A DNA stretch of 63,931 nucleotides, counting the filler, from Octopus bimaculoides (Eukaryota), in NCBI RefSeq assembly GCF_001194135.2. It is 7 parts of 6 records of this genome, joined end to end, with 100 filler letters (N's around TTAATTAATTAA, not from the genome) between each part and the next. Parts side by side here need not be neighbours in the genome. Positions count along the whole stretch, not along the records: positions 1 to 13,097 come from NC_068981.1; 6 more parts are not named here. The stretch is one strand, 5' to 3'. The first letter of the stretch is position 1. Each line of letters opens with the position of its first letter. A program made the position numbers and the translations under genes. The notes under the pieces are model-generated. The model made no database searches. It was not told the DNA's origin and was given only the letters and a program-made list of their open reading frames with translations. Of the stretch, positions 1 through 10,821 are shown piece by piece.

Positions 1-600
1 TGAGAGAGAAGAGAGTGAGAGAGAAGAGAGTGAGAGAGAAGAGAGTGAGAGAGAAGAGAGTGAGAGAGAAGAGAGTGAGAGAGAATAGAGTGAGAGAGAA
101 GAGAGTGACAGAGAAGAGAGTGGGAGAGAGGGAAGACGGGTATGGGGAGAGAAAGAGAGAAAGAGAAAGAGAGTGAGCGAGAGGGAAAGAGAGAAGAGAG
201 TGAGAGAGTAAGGGTGAGAGAGTAAGAGAGTAAGAATGTAGAGAGTAAGATTGAGAGAGAGTGAGAGAGAGTGAGAGAGAAGAGAGTGAGAGAGTAAAGG
301 TGAGAGAGTAAGAGAGTAAGAGTGTAGAGAGTAAGAGTTAGAGGGGGGAGTACGAGAGAAGAGAGTGAGAGAGAGTAAGAGAGAGGAGAGAATAAGAGAG
401 AGGAGAGAAAGAGTAGGGGTGAAGAGAAGTGGGAGTGAAGAGAAGTAGGAAGAGAAGTTGGAGTGAAGACAAGTAGGAGTGAAGAGAAGTAGGAAGAGAA
501 GTGGGAAGAGAAGTAGGAGTGGAGAGAAGTAGGAATGAAGAGAAGTAGGAAGAGAAGTAGGAGTGAGGAGAGGTGAAGAGACGTACAAAGAAGTAGGAGT
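1..600 (+). repeat. GA-rich tandem repeat (15-nt unit tgagagagaagagag, decaying into agaagtagga-type units)
   Basis: Directly visible periodicity. Confidence 0.9.
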
Positions 601-1188
601 NNNNNNNNNNGAGAGATGGGTGGTAAGAGGGAGGGTGGGGGAGAGAGACAGGAGGAGGGGGTTAGATGAAGTGGGGAGGGGAGTTGAGTCCATGTGGCGC
701 AAAGGAGCGGAGGGAGAAGACCAATCCTTGTTCACGGCGCAAACGGGAGTCCGGATGGCCCCTATGAGTGTGTGTGTGTATTTAAAACATACAAACATAC
801 CACGTGTACACACACGTCACACGTACATGTATCTTAAACACATTTGTACACGTGTATCAGCTGGCACTAACGCATACTTATTTGCATACACACGCACATA
901 CATATATTCGCGTGCACACACTCAACAAGCAAATAACACACGTACATCCACGCACTCATATATCTGGTATGCACATAAACACTCTCATTGGCCTTGCTTC
1001 TGTCGAGTTTCAATTTCCTCCCAAAGACCGTTAGGCCTCAAGGCGCCACCAGCATCCTGCAGAAGCACGCGGTGCGAGAAAGCATCTTTTGTAACTCCTC
1101 TGGTGTTGCTGAAACTGAAATCACTGTTCTATGAACACCATCTGACCCACTTTGACCAATAACAGCCCTATTTTCCAGCAGCCGCCTT

Positions 1189-1237
<49 letters not shown>

Positions 1238-1859
1238 ATTTACGCTGTATGTAATTACAATAGCTATCTCTGTATCTACTGGAATATATACTGGTATTTC
1301 CGTTAGCCACTAATGGGACAACTTTTGTTTTATCGTATTTATTTTATTTAAACAGATTAAGTCCATAAATGTTATTACAATAACTGGCCTATAAACAGTT
1401 TTTGCACAATCAGTATGACGCATGATTGGCTATATTAATTAAATACTGCTTTGATTGCATATAGCAAATTTTTATTCACTCATGTGGCTAATCACACTAT
1501 CATTAAATGATCTTTTTTTTTTACTTTTTTTTTCCTATTTTATACACTATGAGTTCTCTTCCGAGCATATGACCGCTGAAAGTACACATCACTGAAAATA
1601 CCCCAAACGGTGAAAATTCATATTTCTCTGGCACTTATTAGGAATAATTCTCATCTCTGATATTTATTGTTTTTAGCACATCAAGTACATAGGTCATGTT
1701 ATCGCCATTCAAATACAGCAGTATCTATCTTATAGACGGTCTGTTCACTGCATCGCTCGTCACAATGTGCCTTGCATCGTTTTAGCTTTAGAATGATGCT
1801 AACATGCTACCGAGGCAAGTATGCAAATGTTTTCCGAGATAGAAAGGCTAATCTGTCAT

Positions 1860-1980
1860 AGGGTTACCCATTTACGGCTGAGTGGACAGGTGTGACGTGA
1901 AACGAAATACGTTGCTCAAGAAAACAACGTGCCGAGAATCGAATCCACCGCTACTAGATTGTGAGTGCGACAAGGCTACG
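1860..1980 (-). mobile_element. tRNA-derived SINE head fragment
   Basis: Reverse complement resembles the head/body of the SINE at 41314-41634 (ttgagcaa...tttcacg...gtccactcagc). Confidence 0.6.
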
Positions 1981-2559
1981 CATCATTTGAATACATAGAA
2001 ATATAATGAGGTAATCAAAGAAATTATGAGATGTAAAGTAATGGGTAAATAATTATAAAAGTTAGTGTATAAACGTTAAGACAATAACCATATAAATGAA
2101 GATTTGTAACACAAATCCTCTAAGTGAATCGTATAAAATGAAAAGAATATTGGCAAACAACTATAACATGCAAATAGAGGTCGGTTGCTCATGCTGGAAG
2201 TATAATGGCTGCCCAGCGCGGAGAGGACAATGCGAAGCTGAGCAGTTGTATATGAGGTTGTTGTGGCATCCAGCCCTACCAACCAGAGTAATAGGAGTTG
2301 CGGCTCGTCCAACGACATCGGCGACAACGATGGCGACGTTAGAGGCGGCAGCGACGGCAACGCATTCAGCGCCAGAAACACAAGCACTGACAAGCACCAC
2401 CGCAGCATCAACACCAGTGCTACGGCCAGATGTAACCACGCAAGCAGCAGCAGCACCAGTGAAGCTACCAATCCCACGCCTAATATTAGTATCGGCATCA
2501 GCCACAACAGCAACGGCAGCAGCAACACCAGCATTATGTTCGGGGATAACTACTGCAAT

Positions 2560-3310
2560 GACCAGACCCACGCTCCGTCATAACATCACCGATGACAACT
2601 GCAACAACGGCAACTGCACCAACAACTCCAGGTGCGTTGCCAAGAGAAGATACACCAGAGATATGAACACAACCGACACTGAAGTTCGGAAATATTGCCG
2701 GAACTGCGCTAAAAGTGGTGCCAGGTACAACCACAGGTCCTAGTTTAGGGTTCCGGAAAGACGTTACGTCATGTCCTTGGCCAGCTACCTGTAGCGCCTT
2801 AAGGTTAAAGAAACCCCCATACGAAATTACACTAAGGATCGTAGGGCAGCTGGCCTCCTATTTTAACGGGAGTTGTCGATGGAAGCTTTCCATTGTAGAA
2901 CGGTTAAGAATCCTAAACAACTCGATGGATCCGATTCTCTTTTAAATTCAAGACAGGAGATCAATGGCCCCTACGCACATTTTAAACGCTACCTGCTGCG
3001 AGCGTGGTATTCCCCATTTTTCGATTAGATCTAGAAAAAGGTTCCTGCAGATCGGAAACAACATAAGTGTGGTGGTGCCCTGTTCATCCAGTAGGTTAAT
3101 AAAATTTGCTAATCAGACCGGTCTAAGGGTATTAATTCACCCTGTTAATAGTGCAAACATTGTATATTAATCCTTGTTTACAAATTAACTGACCGTAACG
3201 GTTTTCTACCTCAAGTTTGAAGATAGTTTACATGCCCGCCGCTATTAGGGTTTAATGAGTCGTGTATAAAACTAAGGGCCTTATGAATGCGAAACCATTG
3301 GTCACTCTTT
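2560..3310 (+). mobile_element. Penelope-like element 3' fragment: decayed GIY-YIG endonuclease plus 3' repeat region
   Basis: Broken frames give RKY..GT...RYNHRS.FR.PERRY..SLASYL..LK...PYEITLRIV..LASYFNGSCRWKL..ERLRIL...LLNSRQE...HFKRYLL, typical of C-terminal PLE GIY-YIG domains. Homologous to 56000-56720 (-). Confidence 0.8.
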
Positions 3311-3395
3311 GAGCGGACATATATTTAAATGCATGTAAATACGCTACTACTCTATCCTTTATATTGTAATTATTTTTCGGATATGTGATACACAG

Positions 3396-3440
<45 letters not shown>

Positions 3441-3604
3441 TATATACAAAGTAGACTCCAACAGGAAAAGAAAACAGAACATATTTGCACTTTTACCTTG
3501 TACTTCTATATTTTGGGGGTGAAGACACCTACTTCAGAACATTTGGAAAAAGTGGTAGTTGGAAAAGGTCGTTGTTCGGATGATTGGGGGAGGCAGGAGA
3601 TGTA

Positions 3605-4395
3605 GGATGGAGTGTTATATAAACATGTGTCATATCTATCGATGGGATCTAACCTGTCAGGTCTTCTGGCCACATCGTACATGTATCAGCTCGAATGCAC
3701 GGCAATTGACATCTGCTACGCATGCGTTTTCTTCTCAAGGTACGTTGCCGACATCCTAGTGTTCACCACCTTCCGAGAAGAAGCGACCGCCATACACCAA
3801 ATTTTCAACAACGTTGACTGCCACATAAGATTTGACATCGATCATCCGGACCAGTCACGAAGCCTCTTTCTGCTAGATTTCCAAATCAAGATCACAGAGG
3901 AGGGTTACATCTACATGAATTTTTATAGCAGAGCGGCCAGTATGAATCTATTGGTAAATTACGAATCAACCCTGCTCAATAGAGCCAAAGCCTCATTTAT
4001 ACAGAATGTGATCACACGTATAAGAGACAGATGCAGCAAAGTAGCCGACAAAGCGACCAAGACCAAGCGGTTCCTGAGGAACTTAACGCACAACAGCACC
4101 GCTATCTCCAGCTAAACGACTGCAACCGTGAAACACAGAAGAAGGTAAACAGCATAAGTAAGTCGGAAAAGTGCTTCCATAAACTGCCCAACTTCGACGA
4201 CAAAGCAACTGCAGCAATTCAACATACCATCCACAGAGAGGGACTCAATATACAGCTGGTACAGACCGGTCCATCCCCGAGGAACGTTCTGTCGGAGGAA
4301 AATACCACAGAAAGCACCGTGGAGAGCTCACCAACAAACTGCCCCATCAACGACACCAAAACAGGCTCGAGAGCCTCTGTAGTATGGGAAGTAGT
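3605..4395 (+). mobile_element. Penelope-like element reverse transcriptase C-terminus/thumb/linker, pseudogenised
   Basis: MGSNLSGLLATSYMYQLE...FSRYVADILV (MGSPLS and RYVDD motifs), FLLDFQI, NFYSR, TRIRDRC; next frame KLPNFDD...REGLNIQLV...CPIND...VVWEV. Confidence 0.85.
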
Positions 4396-4773
4396 CGTTG
4401 TTGGCACTCCGTCGTTTACGACGACGAGGGTTCCAGTTGATCCGATCAACGGAACAGCCTACTCTTGAAATTAGCGTGCAAGTGGCTGAGCACTCCATAG
4501 ACACGTGTACCCTTAACGTAGTTCTCGGGGATATTCAGCGTGACACAAAGTGAGACAAGGCTGGCCCTTTGAGTTACAGGCACAACAGAAACAGGAAGTA
4601 AGTGTGAGGGGAAGTTGTGGCGAAAGAGTACAGCAAGGTTCGCCACCATCCCCTGCTGGGAAAGCTTAGGTGTTTTCTCTCAATAAACACTCACAAGGCC
4701 CGGTCTGGGAATCGAAGCTGCTATCCTATGACCGCGAGTCCGCTGCCCTAACCATTGGGCCATTGCACCTCCT
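4396..4773 (-). mobile_element. Full-length tRNA-derived SINE with 13-bp target-site duplication
   Basis: Minus-strand head ggaggtgcaatggcccaatggttagggcagcgg (A box), same family as 47837-48083; TSD tatgggaagtagt at 4383-4395 and 4773-4785. Confidence 0.9.
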
Positions 4774-7700
4774 ATGGGAAGTAGTATTCTAATATGAAAC
4801 TATACATCCAAATAAAGGAGCAAATGCAACACGGACACATTAAGAAAGATGCACCTTAGGAAGTACCGAGCTCAGATTTTTAAAGTTCCCNNNNNNNNNN
4901 NNNNNNNNNNNNNNNNNNNNGCAACAGGAGTAGTCTCAAAATTATGAGACAGTATTTGAAAGTAGTACTCACTAAAGATTCGGATATCATTAAAAAAAAA
5001 ACATTTCTTCCCTGCGACTTTGAAGCATCACTTGTGATTATAAAATCCAAAAGATAAAACATAATTATGGTGTACGGCATGTGTAGTATTGTGGTGGAGC
5101 TTACTGGAGCATGTTGAGTCCAAGGAGTATTCTAACCCAAGAATGGAAGGCATCCAACATTTGAAAAATGTGGCTGTTCAATGGAAACAATTACTAATGA
5201 TATATAACAATGCATACTCTCTTGTACACGCATATAGACGAAAACTCTAACACACACACAGATGTATACGCGCATACAAACTCGCTCACGTATTTGTAAA
5301 GAGGCGTAGAAATTTACAAAATCAATAATGCTAACAGAGTTCATAAAAATAATGCAAAGCTGTTGACGTTAAAAGTTGGTAAACAGAGTGTCTCCTTTGT
5401 GGAATTACAAACTTATAATTTCTATTTATGTGAAAATGAGAACGTAACACAATGGAAACATACGCATATCAATGTAAAAAAGAATATGCGCATATGTGTG
5501 AAAACAATTATTTTGCAAATATGCACTCTCACACGCAACCTCACGCACAGGTGGATACGCACTTCCATTCAAACGTCGGTGCTCTCATACGTTTGTATTA
5601 AGGAGCATATAGTTATTTAGATTCGGTAATGCAAATGCGGCTAAAAGAAAAACAGAAGAAATTCTAAAATTGTGGAGTTGAAATTGATAAATAGAAAGTA
5701 ACGGTTAATGGAATATGATTTTACAAGATCTCGTTATAGGAATGTTAAAACGTAGCAGTATAAAATCATAAAACTATAAATGTGGGAGTAATATATGTTT
5801 ACGGGGAAACCTCATTGATTTTTGGTGTTGCTTTGCTTTGTTGTTTTAGGGAGAGTTTGTATATTTTTTTATTTTTGTTTTTGTTTGGAGAATTACGTGT
5901 GGTTTTTCTGAAAAATATAATCTTGGAAATAAAATATTAGACGACACAGGAATAGGAAGAATAATTATCAAATGGAAGCAGCTGAATATAACGATGAATC
6001 TGTATTGTATAATGAGGTTGGTTGTGGATTTAGGATGCAAGGAGAATCCAAAGGTGTACAGTGTAGAAGACAAAATTTGATAATGGCAGAAAGAGACGCT
6101 ATGTTGATGGAATGAACAATATGAACTGTACTGAAGCCTTATTGAGATTGTTAATTAAATTGGGTTCGTTGGTTTCTAATGCTGGACTGGAAACTTCCGA
6201 TCACTTAAATCGAAGTGGAGCGGTTTTGGCTCTTCAATATATTTTCCTCTTATTGCCAGTTACCCTGATATTCAGATGTGACACTTGAAAAGGTTCTAAC
6301 ATATCATGCTCATATGTAGTCCTATAATCGCAAATTGATCATTATAATTTATGAGCTTCTCGTTTTGGTCATTTTCAAGTATAACTGTTGTGGCATGTAG
6401 CATGCTTTTCACAGGATTCAAAAATTAATGTTTGTCTGAGTAGAAACAAAGTCGATACTATATAAGTTTAGGGTAGAGAGCAAGCATTCAAATCCACGTC
6501 AAACCCATGCAACACAATGTTGCTATACAATCTATATAAGACAAATGCCTGGAGCCACATTTACGTGAAATGAACACGACAATATCAATGTACTGGCACA
6601 TAGAATTCAGTGAACTGATTTAGCTGTTATCTAATGTATTTGGTCAGATATTTGATCGAAGTTATAATATTAAACAGCAGATATTAGATCAAAGTTTTGT
6701 TTATTGTTTATTACATGAAGGGAAAGTCAAGTCAAGTATGTTACGTCAATGTCAATAATGAGAAATATATTTTAACACATTTTCCTGGTTCTAGTTTTAC
6801 GTTTGGAAACAATTTTATCAGGTATATCCATTAGACTTTTCAAAAATCAACTGTGGCTAAATATCTCACTAAGAGAAATTCAAGCGTTTCTTAATGCCGT
6901 TTAGTCCAAAGAAAAGCGGACATGCGTTTACTGATAGTATGTATTAATCTACGGAGGATACTATGCAGTCGGTTACATCTTACATAATTACAAAGTAACC
7001 TTTCATGCATTTACGGTAAAAGAAAATTTTGCCTGCGTTTCAATTGAATGTGATAGAAACTTTAAAATAGGAAGATTCAGCCCTACAGAAAATTTTAAAA
7101 GTATTATAAGGTTCATCAAATACTTTGAATCTATATATGTTACAGTCGCTGACAGAAATTTTCGGAGCACGTTACTGCCAGCCCAACACATCAAATTTAT
7201 TTGAATTTTCATTTCCTCAAATCTTAATATATATAACGTGAATGTAAGTGACATTGCAAGGTAATGGTTGAAGGGAAGCTTACCTTTCAATAGTAAACAC
7301 AATGTATCTGGAGAATATTTTATTCTCATTATTTATCACAATTCTGATGGTGATCCCACATTATCGCACGTATTATACAGACTTGAATCAAGCGCTTCTT
7401 ACAGGTGAGAACTTAGAAGCCAGAGATTAACAACAGAAAGTTATTGAAAACATTAGAGTCGAAAAAATTACGAAGCTGGTGCTGTAGAGAGACGGAAGAA
7501 GAAAGTCAATACAGGATTGCTTAGTTTGATTGCCGAATTAATACAACTGACGACAGAGGAAAAAGTCTTGATACTATCTTATATCTGAAGTACTTAAATA
7601 TATTCATGACTTTGCGTCTGCTTTTCCGTGCGTGTGTCTAAGTATTTCATTTATTTTCATTTTGTGTTCCTCGCTGATAAAGGAAGAATCCTTTTGCGAT

Positions 7701-7884
7701 TAATCCAGAAATCGGAACCGATTCGTGGGGAACTATATAATGAATTCCTGTTCGCTTACTTTCCTCGTCCCGACACGTAGTGTAATAATATAAGCGAAAA
7801 TATTTAACATGGTTAGACGATTTAGCATCTATTTTGCAGCATATTGGCAAAGAAGTATTTTTGTTTTTGCCCTTATATATATAC

Positions 7885-7940
<56 letters not shown>

Positions 7941-9199
7941 NNNNNNNNNNNNNNNNNNNNNNNNNNNNNNNNNNNNNNNNNNNNNNNNNNNNNNNNNNNN
8001 NNNNNNNNNNNNNNNNNNNNNNNNNNNNNNNNNNNNNNNNNNNNNNNNNNNNNNNNNNNNNNNNNNNNNNNNNNNNNNNNNNNNNNNNNNNNNNNNNNNN
8101 NNNNNNNNNNNNNNNNNNNNNNNNNNNNNNNNNNNNNNNNNNNNNNNNNNNNNNNNNNNNNNNNNNNNNNNNNNNNNNNNNNNNNNNNNNNNNNNNNNNN
8201 NNNNNNNNNNNNNNNNNNNNNNNNNNNNNNNNNNNNNNNNNNNNNNNNNNNNNNNNNNNNNNNNNNNNNNNNNNNNNNNNNNNNNNNNNNNNNNNNNNNN
8301 NNNNNNNNNNNNNNNNNNNNNNNNNNNNNNNNNNNNNNNNNNNNNNNNNNNNNNNNNNNNNNNNNNNNNNNNNNNNNNNNNNNNNNNNNNNNNNNNNNNN
8401 NNNNNNNNNNNNNNNNNNNNNNNNNNNNNNNNNNNNNNNNNNNNNNNNNNNNNNNNNNNNNNNNNNNNNNNNNNNNNNNNNNNNNNNNNNNNNNNNNNNN
8501 NNNNNNNNNNNNNNNNNNNNNNNNNNNNNNNNNNNNNNNNNNNNNNNNNNNNNNNNNNNNNNNNNNNNNNNNNNNNNNNNNNNNNNNNNNNNNNNNNNNN
8601 NNNNNNNNNNNNNNNNNNNNNNNNNNNNNNNNNNNNNNNNNNNNNNNNNNNNNNNNNNNNNNNNNNNNNNNNNNNNNNNNNNNNNNNNNNNNNNNNNNNN
8701 NNNNNNNNNNNNNNNNNNNNNNNNNNNNNNNNNNNNNNNNNNNNNNNNNNNNNNNNNNNNNNNNNNNNNNNNNNNTATATATATATATATATATATATGC
8801 ATACACGCCCATACATACGCATATATACTCATGAACGCATCACTACGCTCATATATACATCTCTACACGCACACACACATACATACCCGGATATACAAAA
8901 CATAGTTTATGCATACATGCATATACATACGCGGAAAACGTATATACAAATAAAAACACATACACAAAAACCTACGCATCATTATGTTCATATACACATC
9001 TCTATAAACACACGCAGATATACTGCAGATGTATAAGTTACACAATTATAAAGGGTGGAAAATAATATACAGAAAAATATATAAAGTAATAAAATATATT
9101 TAAATATACAAAAGATGGTGAGACATATGAAAGGCTTTCACGTGGGCATAATATAAAAAGCAGGTTATATCTGTGATCTTAGGTGGTCCCCAAACGTAA

Positions 9200-9430
9200 C
9201 AAACGTTTTGCTTTATGTGGACATGACCCGAAAGTTCAGTTCTTGAATTTAGACATGTAAACATTTCCAGATAAGTTACCTTTTCATACCGCAAAGCCCG
9301 CACTTTCCACTGCCGTCGGTGTAAGGCTTGCACTTGGCCAATATCTACCAGTGAATTTTATATTTGACAACTTTTTCTTTTAAGGACCATATATAACTGG
9401 ATAAATTGATTGTTTTCCTTTTATCCCAGT
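9200..9430 (-). mobile_element. PLE GIY-YIG endonuclease C-terminal fragment
   Basis: Minus strand: KTINLSSYIWSLKEKVVKYKIHW*ILAKCKPYTDGSGKCGLC, then CLNSRTELSGHVHIK. Confidence 0.8.
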
Positions 9431-9900
9431 CTCGGTGCATGTGCCTATAGACTGCGTTTTGTATATCTGCGTATGTATGTTCCTGTGTGCATAGAGATGT
9501 GCATATGACCATAATGATGCGTGGGTTTTTGCGTATGTCTTTTTAATTGTATATACGTTTTCTGCCTATGAATATGTTTGTACATATAAATTACGTTTTG
9601 TATATCCGCGTATGTATGCGTGTGTGCGCGTGAAGAGATGTATATATGAGGGTAGTGAAGCGTGCATGGGTATATATGCGTCTGTATGGGCGTTTATGCG
9701 TAGACACATATATGTATATATGTGTGTTTGTATGTATATGTACACGCGTGTGTGAGTATATATATATAAATATAGATACATATATATGTGTGTGTGTATA
9801 TGTGTGTGCATTTGCGGATTCTATGTATGAAGTATTACTTTCACCATGCCTATTGGAGTAATTTCCCTTTATGTAACGCTTTTTTTTTTCATATCGTTTT

Positions 9901-9971
9901 GTCTTCATAACTGATGAGATGCCGGAGCAGACTTCAGCTCCGGTATCCAAAACTCCGAGTTTTATTATGAC
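9901..9971 (+). ncRNA. Minimal type-I hammerhead ribozyme motif, one core mismatch (G12>A)
   Basis: ataa-CTGATGA-gatgccggagc/agacttca/gctccggtatc (11-bp stem II)-c-AAAA-ctccgag-TT^ttat; stem I ataa/ttat plus gtc/gac. Confidence 0.75.
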
Positions 9972-10735
9972 AACCATCTAATTGTCACATATTATATTTA
10001 TAGATAAATTCCTCTATTTTACATAATATCGCGGTCCCATTCATTCTTTTGCTATCATATTTTTATTAATATATATATGCATACATATAAATATACGTGT
10101 ATGTATATGTATGTGTCTGTATGTGTATGTATGTGTGTGCATGCATATGTATATATATGTGTGTGTGTGTGTGTGTGTCTGTGTGTGTGCGCGCGTTTGT
10201 GTGTGTGTGTCTCTGTGTGTCTGTGTGTGTGTGTGTGTATGTGTAAGTTTACATACACACTTACACACACACATATATGTATGTATGCATGTATTTATGC
10301 GTGTATGTGCGCATAAAGCAATGTATGTACGCATATATATGTAAATATTACACAATGTAAGTTTATTTTTGAACACAATGCGGATATATTGCATATATTT
10401 GCATAATTTTAATAGGATGACATAAACATAGTGTTTACACATTTTTCTGGAGTTACATTCTCTTCTACCGTATAAATTTATTTTTCACAATTAATGTATT
10501 TACTTGTATATATTGTTGTACATACATACACTCATATACACAGACATACTTATCCACATACATGCATATTTATGTGTATGCGCTCGTGTACATATGTATC
10601 TATGATTGTGTATGTGTGAGAGAGAGAGAGTAAACAAAGATATTTAGATATAAAAAATTTACATTGATGGAAATCAGGAAATAGCAGAAAAACCTTTTGT
10701 ATGTTGTCACTGACATAGTAATTTATTGTTTACAG

Positions 10736-10821
10736 GTCAAGACAAAATGTATAGGTTCACTGCAATCAGGCCCTCATGACTTGGAAATGAATGGAAAGGA
10801 ATCATTTATCAAAATCTCTTG
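10736..10821 (+). other. Candidate orphan exon of unknown gene
   Basis: tttattgtttacag acceptor and ttg|gtaggg donor; one open frame VKTKCIGSLQSGPHDLEMNGKESFIKIS; no recognisable homology. Confidence 0.2.

Noticed and set aside
2096-2743. 215-aa Thr/Ala-rich ORF resembling a mucin
   Set aside because: Low-complexity ACA-rich lead-in to the PLE endonuclease; similar sequence precedes the other copy at 56520-56720.
6720-7600. Stretch with long near-open plus-strand frames (e.g. HAFTVKENFACVSIECDRNF...)
   Set aside because: Several stops, no recognisable domain and no coherent splice sites; needs tblastx.
7647-9036. Long ORFs spanning N gaps and (TA)n/(CA)n runs here and throughout the track
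   Set aside because: Open only because of Ns and microsatellites; no coding signal.
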